A DNA stretch of 64,000 bases from Leptogorgia sarmentosa. Lineage: Eukaryota. Within the stretch, counting starts at the first letter, position 1; each line of letters begins with the position of its first letter. A program made the position numbers and the translations under genes. This document shows positions 1-12,100 of this stretch, piece after piece. The stretch lies in the NCBI GenBank assembly GCA_964658305.1, contig OZ210884.1, positions 4,340,001 through 4,404,000 on the forward strand. The letters are read 5' to 3'. A model generated the notes under the pieces. It saw nothing but the letters and a program-made list of their open reading frames with translations, had not been told where the DNA came from and made no database searches.

Positions 1-514
1 AATACAGGTCAAGTCGAAAAGAGGAAAGTCGAAGGTAGCCTTTATTCAAACGAAGTCGACACAACTTGGATTTAAGTGAGTAGCTATATATCGCATTTAC
101 ATATCATTCCATGCACATTTTACACGATCAGTATGTTTGACGTACCACTATTATACTTGCTGGAAATATTCAAGAAGTAAACAAGTCATGCATGTTCACT
201 CAGATTCAGTTGCATCAGAGGAGACGAATTTTCGTACGTTCTTCAACGTAATCTTTGTTATCTTTGTTACAGTTGTCATAGTCTGACAAGACTTTAAAAA
301 GGACGAAAGTGCGTTCCAGAAGAATTATTGACTACACTGACAACAAGGTTTGCATGTATAATATACAGAAATATATCATGTCAAAAGGTCCAATTTTTAG
401 TATGCAGCAACATGTTTTAGGAGAGCAGTCTCCACTCTCCTTGCAGAAGTATAACTTTCATGTTGTTCCAAAAATTTTGCTGCTTTAATGTTTTCCCATC
501 TTGTTCCAGAAAAG

Positions 515-757
515 ATGGCTTTGGTTGAAAAATCGACAATCATTTTGGTCCTGGCGCTTTTTGTGGTTATGGCTTCCATTCCACCTTCACAAAGTCTATG
601 CACTGTCGGCGGCTGCTACAGTCGTTGGGCCCATTGTGATCCCGGATGTTATGGCAAATGCCAGAGGCAATGCAATTGCAAATCCGGAGGAGGTTGTCTC
701 TCGGGGTACAGCTACTGCAGTAATTCCTGGGAGTTCAAATGCGTTTGTAATTGCTAA
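515..757 (+). CDS. Secreted cysteine-rich peptide, macin/CS-alpha-beta defensin-like (80 aa precursor, ~53 aa mature, 12 Cys)
   Basis: ATG at 515 follows a pyrimidine-rich acceptor (ttttcccatcttgttccag, AG 508-509). Hydrophobic signal-like N-terminus MALVEKSTIILVLALFVVMASIPPSQS, then LCTVGGCYSRWAHCDPGCYGKCQRQCNCKSGGGCLSGYSYCSNSWEFKCVCNC with CxxxC...GxC...CxC and a macin-like CxxxWxxC. Confidence 0.8.
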   Translation: MALVEKSTIILVLALFVVMASIPPSQSLCTVGGCYSRWAHCDPGCYGKCQRQCNCKSGGGCLSGYSYCSNSWEFKCVCNC

Positions 758-1962
758 ATGAACCGGGTTTATTTGGCATAAAATGGTCACCATGCAGAAC
801 GTCGTATTTTTTATATTTTATATGTAGTATATTAATCAACATATGTCAATGAACAATATACAGATATTTTTTCAGATGTAACTCTAGTTCAGAAGACGAT
901 TATACATATGATTTCATTAAAAATTTCACATAAAACCACGTCTACTAGTTATTTTTTTAGACAGCGATTTTTTACGCAGGTAAACATTGATAATGACATC
1001 GGCTGCTATTTCCGCACGGTTATTTCCACTCCCGGGTAAAGCAAAACATATAGCGGAATCCAAAGTTATTTCGCCGCCATTTTGGGCCATGGTTTAAGGT
1101 AGCTATTAGACTTACCGGTATAGCAATATTGAAAATTGGGGAAAGATACAAATTAACCTAACATATTCCCATATTTTGAGCAATTTATATATTGTCGGGT
1201 AATATTATTTATGTAATATTATTTTTTACTGTTTAACGTATATGTTCGTTTAAAAATATTGCGAGTCAAAATGCGAGACAAGTATTACATGAGTTATATT
1301 GGACAAACAATGAATGATTTCCCGAAATCTGTCGATAAGTAGAAAGTGTTTGTTTGAATACTTACAAGATCTTACGATGCATAAGGTTTGCAAATATTGC
1401 AGGCAATTAAATTAATTTGCCCTCAGCTAGATATCATTCACTCGTTTTATGATTAAAATATTCAAAGGCAGTGCATTAGACAATAGTAACAAAATGATGA
1501 AATATTTCTTTTCTCGCGAAATTCAGAGGATATTTTGAGGTACCTCTCGGCCATCTTTCGAACAGTTTCAATCGATTTTTTTTGAAAGTTCAGTAATATG
1601 ACTTTCTTTCACGCTGAAATTACTGTTTCTTCTTTTTTTTGAACCACTGTTGTTTTTTAATTTTTCTTTCCTTCCAATGATCATGGACCTATGATAACAA
1701 CGTACGAGATCATCGTTTTAATTAATCGTTTTAAAACAAGCTGAGACAGGAGACCAAGTACTTAGTCATCTTTTGGTACAAAATAAAGCGTTATTGCAAT
1801 ACTGCACTGCGTGTATGATATTCCACGGTCTGTATAATTTCGCAATCATGTCCATTATTTTTCGTCAGGATATTCGAGCAATATTGAATGAGATATTGCA
1901 TAAGAGGATTATCATCCATGGAAAATTTATGGTACCTCGGATTTGGTTATTTCGACTGATGA

Positions 1963-2674
1963 TTATGTCGACAATCCCATCAAAAATCCTGACGGAAGGG
2001 TTCTCGTACGATAATGATGGGAAAATAATTCGCAGAACGCGTTCGTAGAATCGAATTGATATACTGTAGATACTTAGTTCAGTAACATAATAGCGTTTAT
2101 CCTGTTTGTGTTACCGATCTGTGTACGATCGACACCTTTGTGATGCATTTGTTGCTGCTGATTGAACCAGGTTTATCTGCACGCGTCAAGAAGAGGCCTC
2201 TCGGCAGGACGTCTACAAATTTTCATATTTAGCTATTAACACAATTATACCAATGACCAAGACAAATGTAATTCTGACTATAATTAATTCTGGATATATA
2301 TGATTTCAATAAAATATCTTGCATGAAACCACGCGTACGAGTTAAATGTTTCTATAGCAGTGTGAACGTGATGATATAGCATCATTATATCAGTTCTTGT
2401 TTAATTAATGGTGTAATTAGCTTAGCAATTAGCTTAATACTGGAAATCTACACGAAGGCCAAATGCTATCTAATCTCTATATAAATGCTATCTAAACTCT
2501 ACAAGCAACAATTATGTCGACGATCCCGTCATACATGTATCCTAACCGTTACTTGCCGAAGGTTCTCATACGATAACGATGGGTAAATAATTCGTACAAT
2601 GAAACGCGTCGTAGAATCGATTCAATTAAGATACTTAATTCAATAACCAAATCGCGTATCCTGTTTGTGTTACC
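1963..2674. repeat. Diverged ~150-bp direct repeat pair (1963-2115 and 2511-2674)
   Basis: Both start attatgtcgac.atccc.tc, share ggttctc.tacgataa.gatggg.aaataattcg and tcgtagaatcga, and end atcctgtttgtgttacc. Confidence 0.75.
2120..2345 (+). pseudogene. 3' remnant of a paralog of the Cys-rich peptide gene
   Basis: 2120-2161 reads CVRSTPL*CICCC*, the same C-x7-C-x-C-x-C-stop spacing as CSNSWEFKCVCNC*. Downstream tgaaccaggtttat and atatgatttc...aaaccacg match the 3' flank of the intact gene (759-773, 906-940). Confidence 0.6.
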
Positions 2675-4923
2675 ATAACAAATATTGACTGGTGTTATGT
2701 TACCTGTGTGAAAATAATCCTTTCAAGTTTCACTACTTCTGTCTGTTTCACTGACAGGTTAGTTAAGTAAGTGAGGGATTTGCTGACGCAAATGTTGTTT
2801 GTTATGAATTGAAACGAAACCTTTTACTGTAAATTATCAGTCAGGATTCGACGATATTGCGCAGTTGAAACGCAAGTTCCTCATTACAGATTCTTCAACA
2901 AAGAAATCTATTTTATTGTTTTGCTATTCCATCTCATTGGTTTACCTGTTGTAAGTACAAACGATAGCTTGCGTTCCGTATCGCTGATTCTTTCGCATCC
3001 ATACCTTTACTGATGCGATTAGTTGAGTTTTTTAGATATGGTCAATTAGCTGTAGTTCGGTACAGTAGCGAAGTACAATGTTCAAAAAGCGAGTAGCTTT
3101 CGGCTGCTTTCGTAAGGGTAGTTTCTAGCTGCACCGAACAACATTTTTGTCATGCATTAGCAAAGTATAGTTGCTTACTTTTCAAATGTCAGTCAGCGCT
3201 AATCTCTACTTACTTTCATTGCCCTGCACCGTTGCCATGCAAACCAAAGTATAAGTGCTGTAACAAACAACAGAAGTTTGTTGTCAAACCAACACCCTTG
3301 GACTTATATTCTTGGAATTCAAAACATTCTCAAAACCACTACAATACCAGTACTATAATTAAGGTCTAAATACAACATATATTTTCATTCAACTGATGTA
3401 GACTCAATACTAATTACATGAAGAAATAGCTTAGTAGCTACCTTTAATTAATTTTCTCACGAAATCTATTATGTTACGTTTGTACTAGTTTGCTGTCATC
3501 AACTTCAATTAAATAGTCACATTTGATGTGTGTTGAATGATGGTTATCGGAATGAGTATACTGTAACGGCATATGAAATGAATGCATTCTAAGAAACTTA
3601 GAACTGAAATGAATGTTCATTTTTTGAGAATTTGATTTTCCAAAACCAATGTACTGTAATTATTTTGTTTCTGTCTTAAAAACGAAACCTGATTGACATG
3701 GAGCAATGTGCCCAGACAAAACGCTCTGTCATCTTGAAGTTTGAACTCAATACTTGCCTTTTAAGAAATTCAATCCGCGAGATTGTTTTTTTAATATAGT
3801 TATTGTCTTAAATTAAATTAGGATATAGTGTTTAAGTCTAATGTCAACATGTCACAGAGCTTATTAGAAACATCATAGAGAGGCTATTGGCCACATATAA
3901 ACGAGTTCGCGCGATGTGAAGTGGGGAATCTGACATACACACGCAGGGAAGCCCCATCAACACGACCATTCACCTTTCGGCCAGAATATTTTGATCGTAA
4001 TAATGGTGGTCGTATTAGAGGACATACGCAAGCATTTTTAGTTGTTAAAAAAAGTGATCGTAATAAAGAGTTGGTCGTATTAATACGACGTGGTCCTAAA
4101 TGCTTGGTTGTAATAACGCTTCACGTACAACTGAAAGTATTACATTTCGAATGGATTTTCCCCCCTGAAAGTCTGAGGGAGCATAAGGGGCAGAAATGAA
4201 TGTCACACGCAACTTTCACTTGTGTAATCTTAAAAAAACCTGCTTAGCTAGTTTTTCACTAAGCATTCGAGTTTCGGCAATGCCATTTTAGTCTAGCTTC
4301 CTGTTAAGAATATCAGGATGGAAATTAAACAGGTAGAGATTAGAGTAGATAGACGAGGTTGGCAGATAAGTGTATAAGAAGCCGAGTTAGGGCTACCTCT
4401 GATGAAAATACCGGAATGGATTCTCGATACGTTGGGTTTTCAATGCAATTGGCCTTGCATTCGTTTTTATGAAGTCATTTTAGCAAGGGAAACAGGAGTG
4501 GTATTACAGTTGGTTACCGTGAACGTACAATCTTTATAATTATTTTAAGTTGTTTGGTAATTCCATTCGATCGCATTTACACTACTGGCTTGATAAACAG
4601 ACACATGGCCATGAGCATTGAGTTCAATGAATTTGACCGATTAGGAATTGTTCAATATCTGCAAACGTTGTTGGCAACAATTACAATATTGTAAAACATA
4701 ATACGGGTAACAGGCGCAAAATCTGTCAATTAAATTAGTGCATGACGCATGATTGATGAGATTTGAGTGACTAAGAAGGGGGATTGCATGCTGGGCCTCT
4801 TAGTCTATGAAGATTAATTATTTTATAATTATGTGAACATTTTCTTTCTTTCTACACAGACCAGGAACTTTGGTTCTGTCCAACCGCAATTTTTACGAAA
4901 TCGAATAGTACTTGTCTCCCATT

Positions 4924-6938
4924 ATGGCAGAAAAAGGATACTCTAACCAGCCCGCAATGGAGATGGATAAGTTGGAATCCATTTCCAACAAACCACGTCC
5001 AACCGCTAGCGTCATGGGCTCAGGTGATTTTGGCAAGGCGTTGGCAAAGCGACTCTTATTGGCTGGCTATGATGTCGTCATTGGAAGCCGCTCACCAGAC
5101 GCACGTAAAAGCAATCATTTATTCACCTGCAATGTAGTTTCTGTTGAAGAAGCTTCGGATTTCTCCGACGTCATCTTCCTTGCAATTCCCCGTAGAGGTT
5201 ACGACGAAATGATGAAGGCTTTAGGCGAACGCCTTAATGGCAAAATCGTGGTTGACGTCAGCAATCGTACCAAGACGTCCGGCGATTGTGTCTCTCATGC
5301 GGAGTACCTTGCCACTTTGATTCCGGAAGCACGCGTCGTGAAAGGATTCAATGTCATATCTGCATGGGCATTGGAAAATGACATATATGGCGGGAGTCGT
5401 TTGGTTTACATTTGTGGAGATCATCTGGAATCCAAAGAGAAGGTTGGCTTGAATTTTTTTATATGTTATTTTTGTGGCATTATATATTCTTATGTTTCTT
5501 TCATGATCCTCTTTCAAGCATCATCTCATTATTGTTGTCGTTTATTGCTTTTCTGCAATTTCCATCAGGGGCGCCGGAGGCACGGGGGCAGGGGGCAGCT
5601 GCACCCGTTGCCCTTACGGTGCGGGGGCAGTGCGGGGGCAACTCGTTGCCCTTTTCCACATGGAGGATATGAAGGATATTTTATTAATCATGCATTATTA
5701 GCGTTAACAGATGTTTAAATATAATTCAATGTAAAGTAATACGTAAAATAAAATCGGATCGAATTTATTTTATGTAAAATCATCTGTGCAGTGCGGCCCA
5801 GTATCCATATAGGAAAATCTTACCGAACATTACCGCACAGGAACATTTAATGTCTAGAAAAAGATGCCCTTTTTAAATGGCTGCCCCCGCCGCTTCAGGT
5901 GGCTTCCGGCGCCCCTGATTTCCATTGTTGTTTTCCTGCATGCATATTGTTGATGTTTTCATTGTTACTGTTGTTGTCACAACATCGTGGTTGTTGCTGT
6001 TGTAGTTGGTGTTGTTGTTGTTGTGTAGGGTTGCATGCTATTGTTTTTGTGGATTCAAAACTATTTTCCAACTACCTCAGGTTATTGGAATAGCCAGAGC
6101 GATGCAGTTCAACCCTGTCGACCAAGGCTCCTTGAAGATGGCGCATGCAATTGAAAACAAACCTCTCGAGTTATTTCCAAGCTGGCGTGTTGCTTTGGGA
6201 ATGGTTGGCGTCCTTTACGTCATCATGCTGCTGTATTTCGTCCTCAAACGAGTCGTAAAGAAAAGCAAATTCACTGATTTCCCTTTAAAGCGCATGAGCC
6301 TCATCAACGCGTTCTGCGTTATCGGCATCTTGGACATGGTGTACCTCCCAGGATGCATTGCCGCACTGCTGCAGCTGGCGTATGGCACAAAATACCGCAG
6401 GTTCCCGCGCTGGCTTGATTTGTGGATGAAAGCGCGAAAACAGCTTGGTTTGATCGCTCTCATTATGGCCGCCATGCATGGGTGTATGTCGACGCTCTAC
6501 TGGTCACCAGAGTACAAGTCACGTTTGTACATGAAAGACGAAGCAGAAATTCAAGGCGTCACTATTGTCGAGTATAAAAAGATGTACGCTCAGGGTGAAG
6601 CCTTTCTCACTCTCGGAGTCCTGGGACTTACATCGCTGTGCATCCTGGGAGTGACGTCATTACCGACGGTGTTGAACCGCATGAGTTGGCGTGAGTGGAA
6701 TTTCGTGCAGTCTGGGCTGGGTTACTTCGCTCTCATCTGTGCATTATTGCATTTCACTATCTTCTCTTACGAAGGTCTGCCTGAATGGAAATTGGAAGAG
6801 TATTTCTATCCAACCGTTTTGGTTGTTATTATCGGTTACATCAACGTTCTCCTTCGACTCATTCTGCTCCTGCCTTGTATCGCCAATAGAGTGAAGAAGA
6901 TTCGGACAGGATGGGAGAGAGAAAACAGTATTGTTTGA
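4924..6938 (+). CDS. STEAP: STEAP-family metalloreductase (STEAP2/3/4 type: NADPH oxidoreductase domain + 6-TM ferric reductase domain), ~458 aa
   Basis: Exons 4924-5442 and 6081-6938, phase-0 GT-AG intron. Motifs GSGDFG, IGSR, VDVSN, VVKGFNVISAWAL, YLPG, QLAYGTKYRRFPRWLD, RKQLG, heme-ligand His (AAMHG, ALLHF), SWREWNFVQSGLG, IRTGWE. Confidence 0.95.
5566..5917. mobile_element. hAT-type MITE in the STEAP intron (352 bp)
   Basis: 13-bp perfect TIR CAGGGGCGCCGGA. Perfect 8-bp TSD ATTTCCAT at 5558-5565 and 5918-5925. Confidence 0.9.
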
Positions 6939-7153
6939 TATCTTGCATTAATACATGCATGATGGACACAGAAACGCTGAGATATAGTTTAGAAATTAGC
7001 GCTATTAATAAACGTACCCAAATTTAAATTTAGGTTTATACAATGAACTATTGATGAACATACCCAAATAAGGGAACTTAAATTTAGGTTTATAAAATGA
7101 TCGTAAACATTTAACCCTTTAATGCCCATGTATTGAAAATGACGAAAATTGGT

Positions 7154-7416
7154 GAAGTCATCATCGGCAGCCGCTCGTCAGACATTCCGTCACATGCGTA
7201 AAAACAACCCTAGTTTACTCAACTACCATGTTCAGTCTGTGGAAGAAGCTTTGAATTATTCGGACGTCATCTAATTCCTTGCAATCCTTCAAAGAGGTTA
7301 CGACGAAATGACGAAGTCGTTAGGTGCGCGGCTTGATGGTAAGATCGTCGTTGACGTCAGCAATCGTACCAGGGAGTACCTTTCGGAAGCACGCGTCGTG
7401 AAAGGATTCAATGTCA
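7154..7416 (+). pseudogene. Degenerate partial copy of STEAP coding exon 1
   Basis: Aligns to ~5070-5356 (gtcat..gg.agccgctc, gaggttacgacgaaatga, gttgacgtcagcaatcgtacca, cggaagcacgcgtcgtgaaaggattcaatgtca) with insertions, a taa frameshift and two internal deletions. Confidence 0.85.
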
Positions 7417-8256
7417 GTAGCCGTTCAAATTAGCTAAATAAAATGCAGAGATTAAAAGTATTACATTAGTGTAGTTTATAATTATATAGTTATATAATAT
7501 AAAAAGAAAACTTATTAAAAACTTAATAAATAAACATTACAAATAATTTATATTCAATTGCAAAAATTATATTATAGCACATTATTTGCTGCCGCCACAG
7601 TTGTGTGTTACTATAATTTTATACTACAGTCCTCCTTAATAAGTAAAAAGTAAATATTGAGCACATACACACATACATTGTAAATTCCAGTTAATTGTTT
7701 TAAATTGCAAATTTCTCGTCGTGCTCAAGTACATTACACACAAACCTGTGGCTCTAGCAACTTCCGCTGAGCTTGTTTCAGGCTGTCCAAAAGCACAACT
7801 CATCTCCTTTTTATTCTACTGGAACCAATTATGCGTCAATGGTATGATTTATATTGAGTCCTGTTACTCCTTCATTCAGTATATATCTAGATTGTGATAG
7901 TGGTTGAAAATCAGTTTTAACTTCCCTAAATCCTAATAAATAATTATTGATACACGATTTCCGCATTCTTCGACCGCGTATACATTGAAAAGATCAGCAC
8001 ATTTTAATTTCTGTTATGCATCATCATTCCAAATTTAATATTTCACGTCCATGACACAGAAAAACATCAATATTGCATGATATATAGACACCGGTTAAAA
8101 ATAGCAAATAGAAAACTAGTCCTGCATGTCTTTTGCCACGGATGAATTAAAGATGATATAAATTACGAAAGAAGTGAAACGAACCTTTTATTTGACAGGC
8201 CACCACGCCATAGAAGAGACAAATCCTATCGGTAAGAGATCAGTTTTGATCAGCTT

Positions 8257-11200
8257 GGCATGCGGAATTAAAATTAACTCACTACATATCATATTTCATT
8301 TCTTGACTGAAGCTCACTGACTCATCTCTTGAGCGGAATATTATCGTGTTTGTTCCTTAAACGCGATTATTTTCTTTGGCATAAAATGTTTCGTAGCTAC
8401 TGAAAACTCTTTTTGATCATTCGGTCAGCCCAGACGCTGTACGCTAGGAATAATAATTAGCTCTACTTTTGGAAAGGTCCAATTTTCTCTGAGTAGAATT
8501 ATATCCTCTAAGGATCGAGTTACAACTACCCTCTGAAAGGTGCACCAAAGGGTATATGAAAAACAACCGTTTTGAAAGGGTTGTCCTTGGGTCAACGAAC
8601 TACTCTTTTGAAGGAGTCAAAACTACTCCGCTGAGCTTTCAGTGCATGCGTTGGCGCTTGAAAAAATGTTATATACTTCTTCAGGGTTTCCAGGTTTTTG
8701 CATTGGCATGCGGAATTAGAGCTAGAGACATATTCATAAACCGTTATTTACCGACTGGAAGAACGTTCGAACTGACGTTATAAGCGGAATATTATATTGT
8801 GTTCCTCCAATGTTTAATCAAGGTAATCTGTCAGATGTTATGTCGGTACTCTAATGTCAAATATGTATGCGTTCGTATTATACTATAGACAAAAATAAAT
8901 TTAAACTATGACATATAACCATCCATTTTCCCCGTCTCCTTGCAATATGAAACCAGTGTAATCTGCAGTGCATAAAGAGGTACGAGGAAATATAAACCTC
9001 TTGCAGCATTTGTAATACATATACATTCGAATACATCTGTTTCACTGGGAAAACAAACGTTAGATGGCAGCAAAATTTGGAACGGTCGAGACAATTTCGG
9101 AAGGCGAGCAACAGGCATTACTTCCGCCGGCTGAAGGTTAGTATGCATTTTATTTAACCACGACGTGACGACGAGAGCACACGGTATAAGAAATTTTGAT
9201 TTTGAATTAGGTTATAGTTTAAACCCTGACAACACAAGCATATACGTTTTATTCAACTCATCATCAGGAATTCGTAAGGAAAATATTTCAAGCTAGCCTG
9301 AAGCAACGAAATAATTACTTGGTGAAAATGAATGTTTATGTTAAAATAAACGTAGTTTGTTATATGTCAATGTCTGCTACTCTATTGTATTTTCGCGCGC
9401 AGCTTCTACTCAAATCTTGGGTTCATCTGGGCTCGTAAATCTCGCTCAGGTGTCCTAGATTGCATTTACGTTGCCGAATTGTCAAATGACTGCCTCGTAC
9501 CCAGGCGTCTCCAAGTTAACCATAAGTGATGATTTTCTAAATTGCTTTTGATTTTCAGATTCTCCTGGAGGATCTATCGACAGCGGAGATTCTGATGATG
9601 GTAAATAATAATAAAACACTTTTGCCAAAAAGTTTCAAGTCGGGCTCGTCTTTCTCAGTTTCTCTCATTGCACATTGTAGTTTACTATGGGTTGTCAATC
9701 CCGAAAAATTTTGCTATACAATGCATCTTTCAGATCATTTTTGTCTTGCGCCCTAGGTTAATCTTTATGTTATGTAAACATAGTATACCCATTAGTATAC
9801 CCATGCTTGCTTGGTTCTTTGGGCCGCTGTTCGTGCCTTTTATAGCAATTTGTATATTTTTTTCTTGGCATTATACAATGCTTCAAAATTTATATTTTTG
9901 TAGTGAGGCACCCAAAAATTCTGGTCGACATGCTGGATGCGAAAACAGCAAAAGTTGAAAACCTCGTAGCAAAAGGTTTCACGGTTAACGGTGGGAAGTT
10001 CCGTGTGGAAACATCAAATGGAGATCTGGCTTACCACATGAAGTTGAAAGAACCTGAAAGATACGACGGCCTCGAGGATGGAGATATAGTGGGATTTTAT
10101 GAAGATGAAAAATCTGGCAAGACGTACATTCAGCTCCTGCGCAGCAACAACATCCATAAGGCATTGCGGAATTAGATTAACTCACTACATAATATCATAT
10201 TTCATTTCGTGACTGACTTGAAGCTGTGTGACCAGAATATTATCGTGTTTCCTTCCTTAAACGCAATGCTTAATCAATTTAATCTGTCCAGTATTTTCTC
10301 AATAAAATGCTTCGTAGGTACTGAAAACTGTTTTTGATCATTCGGTCAGCACAGACGTTGTACGCTAGGAATCAATAATTAATACCGAAAGCTTAATAGG
10401 TCACTGACAATTCAGAAAAGTCGAGAGAAGAGTAGTTTTGTCTCGATTGTCTCTTGTTCGTATACGTTTGTATTCTTGCGTTGTGTGTTTGCGTCTCAAC
10501 AACAATCGAGAGCAGTAAGCGGAGGTTCTTTCAATAGATTACGTTCTGAGCAATGACGGACGATCACACAATAGTTTCTAACATATATTCTTAATTACAT
10601 ATAGTAGCTCTCATTACGCGAGCCCGTTCAACTATATACAAATCATAAAACATTATAAACGTGTAGATGTGTTCAGAGTGCGAGTGTAATCTAAAACCTT
10701 AGTGAATTGTTCTGACCAATAAACTACGAGTATAGGTGCGATTGTTACTGATTGTGCATTAATTTGACGTGTGTGCGTCACTGTGCGATTTATGTTGTCA
10801 AGGTGCGAAATTCGATACCTTTGTAGGTATAGTGTCTGAACAGAACAGTGCTTAATAAGTTCTATCGTCTAATGTAATAATGTTCTGTCGCTATTTCACG
10901 ACAAGTTTTGGGGTCAAAGTAACAAGGTTGGTCTTCGTCCATTGGGTCATTCCATCCTCAAGAGTAGTTTTAACTTTAATAGAAGTCAAAATAACTAAGA
11001 GTAGCTTTAAGAGTAGCTTTACTTTTGGAAAGGTCCAATTTCCTCTGAGTAGAATTAAATCCTCTGAGGTCAGAGGATCGAGTTACAACTACCCTCTGAA
11101 AAGTGTAAAATCGATCATTTCGAAGATTACGCGCCAAAGGGTATCAAAATCAACCGTTTTGAAAGGGTTGTCCTCGGGTCAACAAACTACTAATTTGAAG

Positions 11201-12100
11201 GAGTCAAAACTACTCCGCAGAACTTACATGAACTTGCGTTGGCGTTTGAGAAAATGATATATACTTCTTTAGGCCTTCCAGGTTTTTTCATTCATTCATT
11301 GGCATGCGGAATTAGAACTAGAGACATATTCATAAACCGTTATTTACCGACTGGAAGAACGTTTGAACTGACGTTATAAGCGGAATATGTGTATTGTGTT
11401 CCTAGCTCCTTATATGCGCAATGTTTAATCAAAGTAATCTGTCAGTTATGTCCGGTACTCTATTGTCAAAAATGTATGCGTATGTTCCGGGTTTTAATTT
11501 TCCCTGATATTTAAGCGTCTCCTTGCAATATGAAACCAGTTTAATCTGCAGTGCTCGAAGAGGTATAAGGAAATATGAACCACTTGCAGCAATTGTAATA
11601 CGTATACATTCGAATAGATCTATTTCACTGGGAAATCATACGTTAGATGGGAGCCAAAATTGAAATTTAAATGGTTTAAGTTCTTCCTTATAAAGTGGAA
11701 TGAAGAAAATGAGTCTCCCGTTTGGATTTGGACCGGTCGAGACAATTTCGGAAAGCGAGCAACAGGCATTACTTCCGCCGGCTGCAGGTTAGTCTGTATT
11801 TTATTTGACCACGACGAGAACACACGGCACGCGAAATTTTGATTTTGAATTAGGTTATAGTTTAAACCCTGACAACACGAGCATATACGTTTTACTCATC
11901 CGTCAGGAATTCGTGAGGAAAATGTTTCAAGTCTGAAGCAACAAAATAATTACTTGATGAAAATCAATGTTTATAATAAAATAAACGAAGTTTCTGCTAC
12001 TCTACAGTATTATTGCGTGCGGGTTCATCTGAGCTCGTAAATTCCGTTCAGGAGTCCTAGATTTCATTTACGTTGCCGAATGGTCAAATGACTGCCTCGT
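8257..12100. repeat. Tandem segmental duplication of the upstream region and exon 1 (8257-~9500 vs 10161-~12100)
   Basis: Colinear blocks e.g. ggcatgcggaatta..attaactcactacat, acttttggaaaggtccaatt, gagacatattcataaaccgttatttaccgactggaagaacg, gcaacaggcattacttccgccggctg, tcaaatgactgcctcgta. The second copy has an extra ~600 bp at ~10380-11000. Confidence 0.85.
9064..10175 (+). pseudogene. Truncated third copy (copy C) of the MYRF-like gene; retains homologs of exons 1, 5 and the 5' part of exon 6
   Basis: Segments 9064-9136, 9559-9600 and 9904-10175 match copy A exons 1, 5 and 6. Exons 2-4 are deleted (junction ~9502-9515). Exon 6 is cut at a gcattgc/gcatgc junction at ~10161-10167 where the duplicated upstream region restarts. 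Confidence 0.8.

Noticed and set aside
5443..6080. C-terminal extension of ORF 4912-5718 and N-terminal part of ORF 6006-6938
   Set aside because: Intron read-through, including a MITE and a (TGT)n tract.
10380..11000. Possible solo LTR inserted upstream of copy A
   Set aside because: Extra sequence relative to copy C is real, but no convincing termini or TSD could be identified.
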